Shown here: one piece after another, positions 27,852 through 37,924 of the stretch
Position numbering within the stretch: position 1 is the stretch's first letter
Layout of the letters: every line of letters starts with the position of its first letter
NCBI GenBank assembly: GCA_964496095.1
Contig: CAZBWU010000001.1
Span: forward strand, 121,474-185,473
Reading direction: 5' to 3'
From: an uncultured Gammaproteobacteria bacterium
GTDB lineage: Bacteria; Patescibacteriota; Patescibacteriia; Magasanikbacterales; GWA2-37-8
DNA: 64,000 nt
Translations under genes and position numbers: made by a program
The notes under the pieces: generated by a model
What the model saw: the letters and a program-made list of their open reading frames with translations, nothing else
Told to the model about the DNA's origin: nothing
The model's database searches: none

Positions 27852-28604
27852 TTAAGATTTTGCCGTTACAAGTGACCAAGTAAAGTTAAAAAATTGTTGT
27901 AACATTTTTGCTAGCACGGGGGAATCAATAATGATTGAGTTTAACTCGTTTTCTTTTAGGGCAAATAATGCAATTTTATTTCCATAGATATTCATGGTGC
28001 CATCAAATTCAAAATTAGCAGGTAGAAATTTTGTTTCTCTTAAGTCCAGTTCGTTCATCTGAAAGTGGGTGTCGCTTTTAGCATCATATCTCAAAAATGT
28101 TTTAGCGGAAACGCCTAGTTTTTTTCTTTCCTCAATCCAGTTCGGAAAATATTTAGGAAATAAATTAAAGTCCATTGGTGAAGATATAACAAGAATATGC
28201 TTGATTTTGTTTTTCTTAAAATTTTCCAACATTTCATTTCTGGCTCGGATGTAGCCTTCCTTGCCTTTATATAATTTTACTGTTGGCAAAACTTTTGCCG
28301 TATTTATTAGATTAGATAAGTCAGGCAAGATCTCCGTTATTTCTTTCTTTTTTTCTTCTAATACATCAAGCAAAATCTTTGGGTTTTCGGGGGTGTAATA
28401 GCGAACATTATTTCGTAGGCTTGAGTTAACTAGGCCTTTGTTTTTAAGTGTCTCTAAGGCTGTGTAGGTGCTTGTTCGGGGTAAATCTGCATTCTCAGCT
28501 GTTGTATAAGCAGAAGCCTCAACTAGTCTAAGGAGAGCAATATAGACCTTTGTTTCATGGTCTGACAGGCCGTATTTTTTTAGTACTTTAGTGACTTCTT
28601 GCAT
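27852..28604 (-). CDS. TrmB-family transcriptional regulator (wHTH + effector domain)
   Basis: N-terminal LSDHETKVYIALLRLVEASAYTTAENADLPRTSTYTALETLKNKGLV wHTH. Confidence 0.7.
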   Translation of the reverse strand: MQEVTKVLKKYGLSDHETKVYIALLRLVEASAYTTAENADLPRTSTYTALETLKNKGLVNSSLRNNVRYYTPENPKILLDVLEEKKKEITEILPDLSNLINTAKVLPTVKLYKGKEGYIRARNEMLENFKKNKIKHILVISSPMDFNLFPKYFPNWIEERKKLGVSAKTFLRYDAKSDTHFQMNELDLRETKFLPANFEFDGTMNIYGNKIALFALKENELNSIIIDSPVLAKMLQQFFNFTWSLVTAKS

Positions 28605-28753
28605 ATAGTCCAGTTTTTAGACGTCAATGTGTGAGTTGTTTATTGGCTTATAATAACAGAAATTAAGTAGTTTGTCAAGATTTTTATCCTAAAATAGGAC
28701 AATAAAATGCTCTCTTGGTATGCTAATGGTGTTCATTTATTGATTGTTTATCT

Positions 28754-29713
28754 ATGAAAAATACAAAGTTTATAGTGATAGGTATAGTTTTTATTGGATT
28801 AATTATTTTTGGTAAAGCCATATGGCCAAAACCAACAGAAATAAAAAAAATAAAAATGAGTTATCTTCCGGCTACTTGTGATCTGGTAAACTTTATTGCC
28901 TATGAGCAGGGATATTATAAGGATGAAGGACTAAATGTTGAGTTAACCAAATTTGAAACGAGTAATCAAGTTTCTGATGCCTTACTTGCGGGCAGAATTG
29001 ATGTCTCAGGTTGTTTTTCTTATCCTGTAGCTTTTTCTGTAGAGGCAAATCAACCTGATACATTTAGATCTATACGCTCAGTTATTACTTCTTCAGACTA
29101 TCCTTTTTTATGGATAGTAGCTCGTGCTAATGACCAGACAATAAAATCCATAAAGGATTTGGTGGGCAAGAAGGTCGGGCGTTTTCCAGGCACAACCACT
29201 GAGGCTCAGCTTAAGCATGCACTAAAATCAGTTGGAGTTGATCCAAACGCCGTTACTATGCAAGCGATTGCTCCGTCACAACAAATCAATGCTTTAGTAT
29301 CTGGTGTGGTTGATGCTCTGTATGTTTTAGAACCAATTCCGACAATAGCTGAGGAACAAGGTATTGGCAGAAAAGTTGAAGATATTGAAAAATATTTGGT
29401 AGAGCCAAATTATAATGCTTTGTTTGCGGTCACAAAAAATTATTATAAAAATAATAAGGGAATTGTTGGTAGAGTTATAAAAGCGCAAGATAGGGCCGTT
29501 GATTTTCTTAGAAAATATCCTACGGAAGCTAAACAAATTATGACAAAATATACTCCATTAAGTTCTGGTCAAGCTGCAAAGGTTGGTGTTGGTTATCCTC
29601 TAAAGAGCACTGAAACTATTGAGTATGCAAAGGTGCAAGAATATGCGGATTTACTCTTTAATGAAGGAGACCTAAAGATTAAAGTGGATATAGGAAAATT
29701 GTTTAGTAATTAA
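28754..29713 (+). CDS. ABC transporter substrate-binding protein, NitT/TauT (SsuA/NMT1/ThiY-like) family
   Basis: Signal anchor, periplasmic binding fold pattern; operon with matching ATPase and permease. Confidence 0.7.
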   Translation: MKNTKFIVIGIVFIGLIIFGKAIWPKPTEIKKIKMSYLPATCDLVNFIAYEQGYYKDEGLNVELTKFETSNQVSDALLAGRIDVSGCFSYPVAFSVEANQPDTFRSIRSVITSSDYPFLWIVARANDQTIKSIKDLVGKKVGRFPGTTTEAQLKHALKSVGVDPNAVTMQAIAPSQQINALVSGVVDALYVLEPIPTIAEEQGIGRKVEDIEKYLVEPNYNALFAVTKNYYKNNKGIVGRVIKAQDRAVDFLRKYPTEAKQIMTKYTPLSSGQAAKVGVGYPLKSTETIEYAKVQEYADLLFNEGDLKIKVDIGKLFSN

Positions 29714-29717
29714 AAGT

Positions 29718-30467
29718 ATGGTCAAGGAGTTGATTAAAATAGATCGCCTGAGCAAAGTATTTACTGATTCAAGCGGGCGCGAAACAAGAGTTATAAATGA
29801 AATCACCTTCAATATAAATGAAGGTGATTTCATAACTATATTTGGGCCTAACGGTTCAGGTAAGACCACATTACTGAATATTATTGCTAAGTTGGAAACG
29901 TTCACAGGTGGCGATATGGTTTATAGTAAATCCAATTTTAAGATTGGGTATGTCTTTCAAAATTATGATGAGTCGTTACTTCCTTGGAGAACGGTTGAAG
30001 AAAATATTGAGCTTCCTTTGGAAAAAGGTTTATACTCCGAACAGGAAATTACCGAACAAGTAAATAGAGTTATTAATCTTTTGAATTTAGAAAAATATAG
30101 GCAAAAGTATCCTTATATGCTTTCAGGGGGGAAAAAACAATTGACTGCGTTAGCTCGTACATTAGTGATCGAACCCGACCTTTTATTAATGGATGAACCG
30201 TTTTCTTCTTTGGATTTTGATACGACTGTAGAAATGGAACAGTTACTGTTGGATATTTGGGCGAAATTAAATATGACTATTCTATTTGTGTCTCACAACA
30301 TTGATGAAGCAATACTTTTAGCTGACAGAGTGTTAATCTTGTCACATAAATCTTCTATAGAAAATGTTGAAGTAAAACTTGATAGGCCGAGGAATCACGA
30401 TATGTTAGTTTCACAAAATTTTGTGGATATAAAAAAAGAAGTCATAGTCAAATATGGTAGAAGATAA
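29718..30467 (+). CDS. ABC transporter ATP-binding protein, NitT/TauT family
   Basis: GPNGSGKTTLL, LSGGKKQ, LLLMDEP. Confidence 0.85.
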   Translation: MVKELIKIDRLSKVFTDSSGRETRVINEITFNINEGDFITIFGPNGSGKTTLLNIIAKLETFTGGDMVYSKSNFKIGYVFQNYDESLLPWRTVEENIELPLEKGLYSEQEITEQVNRVINLLNLEKYRQKYPYMLSGGKKQLTALARTLVIEPDLLLMDEPFSSLDFDTTVEMEQLLLDIWAKLNMTILFVSHNIDEAILLADRVLILSHKSSIENVEVKLDRPRNHDMLVSQNFVDIKKEVIVKYGRR

Positions 30468-31212
30468 TCATAAACAATCCTTAGCTGAAGGCCCATTACT
30501 GATATTGGTAGTTTGGATTATTATTACAAATTTTGGGTTGATAAACCCTCTTTTTTTACCAACCCCACAAAAGGTTGCTGTTTCTCTAATTGATTCTATA
30601 TCTAATATCGATATTTGGCGTGACTTGGGCCTTACTCTTTATAGGGCTTTTATGGCTTTGGCTTTAGGTGGGATTGTGGGGGTGCCACTTGGTTTATTAA
30701 TGGGTTATTTTGATCGCTTTTATAAATTTTCTGAGTTTATCATTGAGTTTTTTAGGGCCACACCAGCCACAGCATTATTTCCGTTATTTTTATTGTTATT
30801 TGGTATTGGTGATTTGGCAAAAATAGCGCTTGTGTTCTGGGCTGTTGTTTTTATAATAATTATTCATTCTATTTATGGGGTGCGTTTAGGCAAACGCTCA
30901 CGTTACCGCGTAGCGAAAATAATGAGGTTCTCAGGCTTTCTGCTTTTTAAAAAGTTTATTTTTCCTGAAGCCCTACCTCAGATTTTAGTTGGTCTGCGAA
31001 TTGCCATGTCTAATTCTTTAGTAATTGTGGTGGTGATGGAAATGTTTATCGGTACCAAATTTGGCCTGGGTAAAAGAATTATTGATTCGCAAATGGTCTA
31101 TAGAATACCAGACATGTATGCGACTATACTACTGGTGGGTAGTGTCGGTTATCTTTTGAATCAGTTATTCAGTAAAGTAGAGAAAAGAATTGTCCATTGG
31201 TCGGGTAGGTAA
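30454..31212 (+). CDS. ABC transporter permease, NitT/TauT family (BPD_transp_1)
   Basis: 6 TM; EAA-like loop. Confidence 0.8.
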   Translation: MVEDNHKQSLAEGPLLILVVWIIITNFGLINPLFLPTPQKVAVSLIDSISNIDIWRDLGLTLYRAFMALALGGIVGVPLGLLMGYFDRFYKFSEFIIEFFRATPATALFPLFLLLFGIGDLAKIALVFWAVVFIIIIHSIYGVRLGKRSRYRVAKIMRFSGFLLFKKFIFPEALPQILVGLRIAMSNSLVIVVVMEMFIGTKFGLGKRIIDSQMVYRIPDMYATILLVGSVGYLLNQLFSKVEKRIVHWSGR

Positions 31213-31246
31213 ACAATTTAACTCTCTATAGAATAGGTGATTAATC

Positions 31247-31300
31247 CTCATTGATGCAATTTTCAATGAGTTTTTTTATTTTTCAGCTTGTGGTATAATA
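31247..31300 (+). promoter_or_regulatory. Terminator hairpin CTCATTGA...TCAATGAG + T-run, then extended -10 promoter TGgTATAAT for parA
   Basis: Read directly; identical TTGTGGTATAAT promoter string recurs at 44551-44564. Confidence 0.55.
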
Positions 31301-31358
31301 TTCTCGTCTAGATTTATTCTGATGAAGATTTATTTTATAGTTAGAATTTTCAAAGTTT

Positions 31359-32126
31359 ATGGCTGAAATAATCGCCGTGGTAAACCAAAAAGGCGGGGTA
31401 GGGAAGACTACCACCGCCGTCAATCTAGCCGCAGCTTTGGCTGAAAGCGGTAAGTTTGTGTTACTTGTTGATTTGGATCCTCAAGGTAATGCTACTTCTG
31501 GATTGGGAATAAAGTATCAAGAATTAGAACAAGGTTTGTATCATAGTTTGTCTGGACAGGTTAGACTTCACGATGTCGTACTTAATACCGCCCATGCGGG
31601 TCTGCGCGTGGCACCAGCAACACCTGATTTGGCAGGGGCTAATGTAGAGCTGGTGAGTGTTGAAAATCGTGAGCGAAAACTACATGGGATTTTGTCTGAA
31701 GTAGCCCATGCTTATGATTATATTATTATAGATTGTCCGCCGTCCCTTGGAATTCTTACTCTCAACGGGCTGATTGCTGCTGACCATATTCTTATTCCCG
31801 TGCAGGCCGAATATTATGCTTTGGAAGGGTTGGGGCAACTGCTCAAAACCATAGAGATGATTCGAGTAAATTTAAAACCAGAATTAAAAATTTTGGGAGC
31901 AGTGCTGACTATGTATGATTCACGTAATAGCTTATCAGCTGAAGTTATGGATGAGCTTTATAAATTTTTCCCTGACAGTATCTTTCGATCAGTTATTCCT
32001 CGCACTGTACGATTGGCAGAGGCGCCAAGTTTTGGGAAAAGTATTTTTCATTATGACGCTAGTGGTAAAGCCGCTAAGGCATATGAGAGGCTGGGCCGAG
32101 AATTTTTGGATAGGTTTGAACAATAA
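31359..32126 (+). CDS. parA: Chromosome partitioning ATPase ParA/Soj
   Basis: KGGVGKTTT deviant Walker A. Confidence 0.93.
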   Translation: MAEIIAVVNQKGGVGKTTTAVNLAAALAESGKFVLLVDLDPQGNATSGLGIKYQELEQGLYHSLSGQVRLHDVVLNTAHAGLRVAPATPDLAGANVELVSVENRERKLHGILSEVAHAYDYIIIDCPPSLGILTLNGLIAADHILIPVQAEYYALEGLGQLLKTIEMIRVNLKPELKILGAVLTMYDSRNSLSAEVMDELYKFFPDSIFRSVIPRTVRLAEAPSFGKSIFHYDASGKAAKAYERLGREFLDRFEQ

Positions 32127-32127
32127 T

Positions 32128-32221
32128 CAATTGTCATCGCGAGGCCAAAGGCCGTGGCGATCCCATAGTATGGTAGTGGAACCATGAGATTGCTTCGTCG
32201 CTAGCTCCTCGCAATGACACA
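32128..32221. repeat. Palindromic element with TGTCAT-type terminal inverted repeats (AATTGTCATCGCGAGG...CCTCGCAATGACACAATT)
   Basis: Read directly. Confidence 0.5.
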
Positions 32222-32246
32222 ATTTTTAAACTTGTAACTTATTAAT

Positions 32247-33092
32247 ATGGCTTTAGGTAAAGGACTCGGCGCCTTGATAGCAGGTGCGCCAAAACAATAC
32301 AGATCAGAAACTCCAGCTTCTAACGATGGTCAAGAGCGAATTTGGCATATTCCGGTAACAGCTATATCTCCTGGTGCCAATCAGCCCCGTAAAAGTTTCA
32401 CTACTCCCGAGCTAGATGATTTGGCTGCTTCCATAAAAGAACACGGCATCCTGCAGCCGTTAATTGTGACCGAAAGCATTGATGGTGGTTATGAGCTTAT
32501 TGCCGGTGAAAGGCGATGGCGAGCGGCGCAACAAGTAGGCCTGGCGACAGTGCCAGCGATTATAAAAAAATTAGCTGATCGTCAAAAGTTAGAGATAGCT
32601 TTGATAGAAAATATTCAACGAGAAAATTTAACTCCGATCGAAGAAGCGTTTGCCTACCAGCGTTTGATGGAAGAATTTTCTTTGACTCAACAAGAAGTGT
32701 CAGAGAAGGTTGGCAAGAGTCGTCCGGCTGTAGCCAACACTATTCGATTGCTCAGTTTACCAGCAGAAGTACAAGCCGCTCTGACAGATAAAAGAATTAA
32801 TATGAGTCAGGCACGCGCTTTATTGTCTTTAGAAAATCAAAAACAGCAACTGGATATGCTGTCTTCGATGCTAGGGCAACGCATTACCGTGCGAGAGCTT
32901 GAGAGAAATGTTAGTATTAAAAATCCTGCCAAGAGTCATCGCGATCCAAACCTGGCTTATCTAGAAGACGAACTTCGTACAGCTTTAGGGACCAAAGTTT
33001 CAATTACCAAAAAAGGGGAGAGGGGTACAATTCTTATTGATTTTTATTCAGGAGAAGAATTGAATAGACTGATTAAAAAAATTACTGAATAA
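32247..33092 (+). CDS. parB: Chromosome partitioning protein ParB/Spo0J
   Basis: GERRWRAAQ motif, HTH. Confidence 0.93.
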   Translation: MALGKGLGALIAGAPKQYRSETPASNDGQERIWHIPVTAISPGANQPRKSFTTPELDDLAASIKEHGILQPLIVTESIDGGYELIAGERRWRAAQQVGLATVPAIIKKLADRQKLEIALIENIQRENLTPIEEAFAYQRLMEEFSLTQQEVSEKVGKSRPAVANTIRLLSLPAEVQAALTDKRINMSQARALLSLENQKQQLDMLSSMLGQRITVRELERNVSIKNPAKSHRDPNLAYLEDELRTALGTKVSITKKGERGTILIDFYSGEELNRLIKKITE

Positions 33093-33102
33093 ATAAAATT
33101 GT

Positions 33103-33168
33103 CATGCTGAATTTATTTCAGCATCCCACAGAATTCTAGAGATCCTGAAACAAGTTCAGGATGACACC
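33103..33168. repeat. TGTCAT...ATGACA palindromic element with two inner hairpins (ATGCTGAAatttaTTTCAGCAT; ATCCTGAAacaagTTCAGGAT) between convergent parB and relA
   Basis: Read directly; probable bidirectional terminator. Confidence 0.55.
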
Positions 33169-33173
33169 ACCTT

Positions 33174-34676
33174 TTATTTTTTTGATCTCGGAAGAATAAT
33201 GCTAAGCCATTTATTTTTTTGAGTCTTTAATTTTTCTTTTATTTTTGATTTTGCCTGATGAGTTTTGGCATATTTAATCCAATCCTGACTTGGACCCTTG
33301 CGGTTTTTATCGGTAGTAATTTCCACGACGTCGCCGTTTTTTAAGGGTGTATTAAGGCTGACCAATTGGTCGTTAATTTTGGCACCGTTGCATTGGTTGC
33401 CAATGTCCGTATGAATATGATAAGCAAAATCAATCGGGGTAGCGTCTTCCGGCAAATCAATGACGTCCCCTTGGGGGGTAAAGACAAAAATTCGGTTTTT
33501 GAAAAAATCTACTTTTAATTCATCAATGTCTGATAATTTTCCGAGCAAATTTTTTTGAATTTCAGCGAGTTCTTTGGCCCAGAAAATATCGCGCGAAGGC
33601 AAGCGGGAACCTTTTTCATCGTAATGCCAATGAGCAGCAATACCATACTCAGCTTCATCGTGCATAGACTTGTCGCGAATCTGAAATTCCACAATTTGAC
33701 CCTCGTTGCAAAATACGGTGGTATGTAGTGACTGATAGCCATTGGGCTTTGGTTGGGAAATATAATCTTTGATGCGCCCTTTTAAGGGTTTCCAAAGTTT
33801 ATGGATAATGCCTAGCGTCGCGTAGCAGTCAGCCATATTTTTGACAATAATGCGAACAGCGATGACATCATAAATTTGGGCGGTATTTTCCCAGCCGCCT
33901 TTGCTGAGAATTTTTTGGTATAAACTATATAATGTTTTGACGCGGCCATGCACGCTGACTGCTTCAATTTCAGCGGTTACTAATTCTTTTTTTAACGTAT
34001 CCATGACAGTTTCCAAATAAGCACTCCGTTGGGTGACCAAGGCTTCTCGCAGGGTTTTTGTTTTTTCGTATTCTTTTGGAAAAATATAAGGAAACGACAG
34101 GTCTTCCAACAAGCTTTTGAATTCACCAATGCCCAAGCGTCCGGCAATCGGCGCATAGATTTCTAAGCTTTCCAGAGCAATACGGTGTTGCTTTTTGGGA
34201 GGGAGAGAATTAAGGGTAGATAAATTATGAACTCGGTCGGCAAATTTGATAATCATTACTCTGATGTCTTCGGCCATAGCCACAAACATTTTGCGAAGGT
34301 TTTCGATATAGCGCTCAACGCCCCGATATTTTAATTTTCCAAGCTTGGTAATACGTCTAATCATGCCGGCGATGTCTGGGCCGAAATTTTTTTCAATTTC
34401 TTCAAGGGTAACATTGGTGTCTTCGGGTACGTCATGGAGAAGGGCAGCGACAATAATATTTGGATCAATACGCATGCGCGCCAAAATCATTGCCGTAGCC
34501 ACTGGGTGAACTATGTATGGTTCGCCGGATTGGCGGAATTGACCACGATGGGCTTTTTCCGCGAATTCATAAGCGAGCTGAACCATATCAGTGTCTTCTT
34601 GGCGGTAATATTTTTTTATTTGCGCCATCAAGTCCTCGATATTTGGTTTTGTAGGAATGATATCTTTGTAAGGCAT
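33174..34676 (-). CDS. (p)ppGpp synthetase/hydrolase RelA/SpoT homolog (HD + synthetase + TGS; short, no ACT)
   Basis: HD motif HDVPEDT; synthetase domain; TGS near C-terminus. Confidence 0.9.
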   Translation of the reverse strand: MPYKDIIPTKPNIEDLMAQIKKYYRQEDTDMVQLAYEFAEKAHRGQFRQSGEPYIVHPVATAMILARMRIDPNIIVAALLHDVPEDTNVTLEEIEKNFGPDIAGMIRRITKLGKLKYRGVERYIENLRKMFVAMAEDIRVMIIKFADRVHNLSTLNSLPPKKQHRIALESLEIYAPIAGRLGIGEFKSLLEDLSFPYIFPKEYEKTKTLREALVTQRSAYLETVMDTLKKELVTAEIEAVSVHGRVKTLYSLYQKILSKGGWENTAQIYDVIAVRIIVKNMADCYATLGIIHKLWKPLKGRIKDYISQPKPNGYQSLHTTVFCNEGQIVEFQIRDKSMHDEAEYGIAAHWHYDEKGSRLPSRDIFWAKELAEIQKNLLGKLSDIDELKVDFFKNRIFVFTPQGDVIDLPEDATPIDFAYHIHTDIGNQCNGAKINDQLVSLNTPLKNGDVVEITTDKNRKGPSQDWIKYAKTHQAKSKIKEKLKTQKNKWLSIILPRSKK

Positions 34677-34830
34677 AGTAATTAAATTTTATCCTATTTT
34701 TTTGATTAAGGCAATTACCATTGACATTCTGTCTCCTTTGTGGTAAGGTGCGCCCCGACCCATCTAGCCCGGCATATCGCTGGAGGATGAGGGGTCATCT
34801 CACCAGTTCCGTTACTCGTCGGAGGATTCC

Positions 34831-35187
34831 ATGAACCGCTTCGGTGGTCTCTCGTTCGTCACCCTCGTCACCCTCGCCATCACCGCCTGCACCGAGTCCG
34901 CCGACATCGAGTCGGCGCCGGTCATCACCGATCCGCACGGCCGCGAGGCGGCCGTCGTGGACATCAGCGAGCTGGACCTCGACATGCGGGCGATCGCGAC
35001 CGATCTGGTCGATGAGGTCAGCACGACGCCGCCGCCCAGCGGCGGCGTCATCGAGAAGGGGTGCCGCTGGCTGGAGCTCGATTTCCTCGGTTGCGCGGTG
35101 TCGGTCGGCGCCTGCTTCATCCCGAGCTCCTTCGAGCCGGGCTGGTCGGTGGCGGTGCTCGTCACCGAGCCCTACTGCGAGCCCTAG
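34831..35187 (+). CDS. Putative lipoprotein of foreign (high-GC, actinobacterial-like) codon usage inside a ~560-bp ~68% GC island
   Basis: GGAGG 7 nt upstream; lipobox LAITAC; GC3 near 90% versus ~25% in neighbours; GGGCttcGCCC hairpin after stop; overlapping ORFs in other frames are composition artefacts. Confidence 0.55.
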   Translation: MNRFGGLSFVTLVTLAITACTESADIESAPVITDPHGREAAVVDISELDLDMRAIATDLVDEVSTTPPPSGGVIEKGCRWLELDFLGCAVSVGACFIPSSFEPGWSVAVLVTEPYCEP

Positions 35188-35412
35188 CGGGCTTCGGCCC
35201 CTGGGAGGTCACCGGCGGGTGCCTCGACCGGTCCCCTGCCCGCGGACGTAGAGCCGCGGAGAGGCGCAGCCGTTCACGCGCTGCCGCCTGGTCGTTCGTT
35301 GTCGCGTAATGTTTATAAATTATTTGTAGATATTACCCGAACGATCAGGATTTTTTTAAAAAACACTGCTTAGTAATAGGCGGTGTTTTTAATATGTATG
35401 AATTAATAAATA

Positions 35413-35445
35413 AAAATCCTAGATTTTAATCTAGGATTTTTATAG
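35413..35445 (-). terminator. gyrA terminator: perfect hairpin AAAATCCTAGAT-ttta-ATCTAGGATTTT
   Basis: Read directly; second hairpin at 35358-35390. Confidence 0.6.
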
Positions 35446-35459
35446 TTTTTTTGATTATA

Positions 35460-37922
35460 TTATATGAGCGTCACACTTGCCACCTTGTCACCTTCTTCCT
35501 TAAATCTCATCAGGCGCACGCCTTGAGTAGCTCGGCCAGAAGTGGAGATAGAGGTAAATGGTAAGCGGATGACTTGGCCTTTGGCAGACATCAAGAGCAA
35601 ATCTTTTTCCTTCATTTCTACCGCGTCTACGACTTTGGCAAAAGTCAGGTTGCCGGTCTTGGCGGTAATTTCCGCGGTTTTAATACCGCTACCACCACGT
35701 CCCTGCACTTTATATTCATCAAGTTCAGTACGTTTACCGACACCATTTTCACCAACGGTTAGAAAAGCTAAGCTCTTATTTTTTGGATCAACGATGTCCA
35801 TACCAATTACTTCGTCACCACTCTTGAGGCGCATACCGCGAACACCGCTAGCTGTGCGTCCCATTTCGCGGACATCTTTTTCTTTGAAACGGATTGCCTG
35901 GCCTTGTTTGGTAGCTACCATGACTTCGTCGTTGCCAGTTGTTGGTTTGACCCATTCCAAGTTATCGTCTGGTTTGAGCTTGATAGCAATGAGGCCGCTA
36001 CGGCGAACATTGGCAAAGTCTGATAAGTTGGTTTTTTTGATATTGCCCCTGGTGGTAGTCATCATCAAGTATTTTATATTTGTCAGATCGCTCATACCAA
36101 GGAGGGCTGTTACTTTTTCATTTGGCGCTAATTGCAAGAAGTTAATGAGTGCTTGCCCTTTGGCAGTACGACTAGCTTGAGGAATGTCATAGGCCATAAG
36201 TTGGAAGACACGTCCACGATTGGTAAAGAAGAGCATGTTGTCGTGGGTGTTGGTTGAGACCAAATTCTGCACGCTTTCTTCTTCTTTGGTATTGGTACCA
36301 ATCACGCCCTTGCCACCACGAGATTGTTGGTGGAAAGTATCTGGAGGTAGGCGTTTGATATAGCCATCGGAAGTGACCATGACAATGGTCGCTTCATTGG
36401 GGATAAGATCTTCGGTGGTAAATTCTTTAATACCATGAGAAATAATCTGGGTGCGTCTTGGTTGGCCGTATTTTTCTTTGATAGCCAAAGTTTCATCTTT
36501 GATAATTTTTAGTATTCTAGCTTTGGAAGCGAGGATTGATTCAAGTTCTTTGATAAGCGCTCTTTTTTCTTTTAATTCATCTTCAATTTTTTGTCTTTCC
36601 AAATTGGCGAGTTGTTGTAATTTCATTTCCAAGATGGCAGTAGCTTGTCTGTCGGAAAATTTAAATTTAGAAATCAAATTTGCTTTGGCTTCTTCTTTGT
36701 CTTTGGAAGCGCGAATAGTTTTGATAATTAAATCAATTTTATCAAGCGCCATACTCAAGCCTTCCAAGATATGAGCGCGGTCCTGAGCTTTGGCTAAATC
36801 ATATTCAGTACGACGGCGAATGATAACTTGGCGATGTTTGATAAACTCTTCTAAAATATTTTTGATGGTCAGTACGCGTGGTTGGATACCATCAACAAGC
36901 GCCAACATGTTGAAGTGGAAAGTAGTTTGGAGTTCGGTCATCTGGAACAATTTGTTCAGCACTTTCTTTGGGTAAGCATCTTTTTTGAGATCAATTACAA
37001 CACGCACGCCGTCTTTGTTGGATTCGTCGCGCAAGTCTTTGATGCCTTCGATTTTTTTCTCTTGCACCAAGTCCGCGATTTTTTCTATAAGAGTGGCTTT
37101 ATTGGTATTATATGGAACTTCAGTAATAATAATTTTAAATTGATCAGCTTTGCCTTCTTGGATTTCGGCTTTGGCGCGCATGACAATACCGCCACGTCCA
37201 GTGGAGTAGGCAGTGAGAATGTCTTTTTTATTATAAATAATACCGCCGGTAGGGAAGTCTGGGCCTTGGATAAGGGTAGCCAGTTCTTCAATAGAGGTTT
37301 CAGGGTCATCAATTATCTTGGCCAAACCATTACATAACTCAGTAAGGTTGTGAGGGGCAATAGAAGTAGCCATACCAACCGCAATACCCATGGTACCGTT
37401 GAGGAGTAGGTTAGGAAGTTTGGCTGGCAAGATGGCTGGTTCGGTATGGGAACCGTCGTAGTTGGGGGTAAAAGCCACAGTGTCCTTATCAATATCAAAT
37501 AACATTTCTTCAGCCACAGCCGTTAGTTTGGCTTCGGTATAACGCATAGCAGCGGCGTTGTCGCCATCCATAGAACCAAAGTTTCCTTGACCATGCACCA
37601 GAGGATAGCGCATAGAAAAATCTTGCGCCATACGTACCATGGCATCATAGATAGAAGCATCGCCGTGAGGGTGGTACTTGGCCATCACTTCACCGACTAC
37701 GTGCGCGGATTTGCGGAATCTGGCAGTGTGTCGTAAACCAATATCCCACATGGCATAGAGAACACGACGGTGAACAGGTTTGAGACCATCACGGACATCT
37801 GGTAAAGCGCGAGAGACAATAACACTCATCGCATATTCCAAATACGAGGTCTGCATTTCTTGTACAAGTGAGGCTGGGGTGATGATGCCAATTTCTTGAG
37901 GGGGGATTAGTTTTTCTTGCAT
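35460..37922 (-). CDS. gyrA: DNA gyrase subunit A
   Basis: EMQTSYLEYAMSVIVSRALPDVRDGLKPVHRR; active-site region; C-terminal beta-pinwheel repeats. Confidence 0.97.
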   Translation of the reverse strand: MQEKLIPPQEIGIITPASLVQEMQTSYLEYAMSVIVSRALPDVRDGLKPVHRRVLYAMWDIGLRHTARFRKSAHVVGEVMAKYHPHGDASIYDAMVRMAQDFSMRYPLVHGQGNFGSMDGDNAAAMRYTEAKLTAVAEEMLFDIDKDTVAFTPNYDGSHTEPAILPAKLPNLLLNGTMGIAVGMATSIAPHNLTELCNGLAKIIDDPETSIEELATLIQGPDFPTGGIIYNKKDILTAYSTGRGGIVMRAKAEIQEGKADQFKIIITEVPYNTNKATLIEKIADLVQEKKIEGIKDLRDESNKDGVRVVIDLKKDAYPKKVLNKLFQMTELQTTFHFNMLALVDGIQPRVLTIKNILEEFIKHRQVIIRRRTEYDLAKAQDRAHILEGLSMALDKIDLIIKTIRASKDKEEAKANLISKFKFSDRQATAILEMKLQQLANLERQKIEDELKEKRALIKELESILASKARILKIIKDETLAIKEKYGQPRRTQIISHGIKEFTTEDLIPNEATIVMVTSDGYIKRLPPDTFHQQSRGGKGVIGTNTKEEESVQNLVSTNTHDNMLFFTNRGRVFQLMAYDIPQASRTAKGQALINFLQLAPNEKVTALLGMSDLTNIKYLMMTTTRGNIKKTNLSDFANVRRSGLIAIKLKPDDNLEWVKPTTGNDEVMVATKQGQAIRFKEKDVREMGRTASGVRGMRLKSGDEVIGMDIVDPKNKSLAFLTVGENGVGKRTELDEYKVQGRGGSGIKTAEITAKTGNLTFAKVVDAVEMKEKDLLLMSAKGQVIRLPFTSISTSGRATQGVRLMRFKEEGDKVASVTLI

Positions 37923-37924
37923 AT

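Noticed and set aside
34812-35309. Multiple overlapping ORFs in all frames of the high-GC island (34812-35165 minus strand; 34844-35251 and 35061-35309 plus strand)
   Set aside because: High GC suppresses stop codons. Only the 34831-35187 frame has a Shine-Dalgarno, a lipoprotein signal peptide and codon-position GC skew; the others are Arg/Ala/Pro-rich nonsense.
36451-37337. Plus-strand ORFs antisense to gyrA (36451-36774, 36882-37337 and others)
   Set aside because: Embedded antisense to the highly conserved gyrA reading frame; low-complexity translations.
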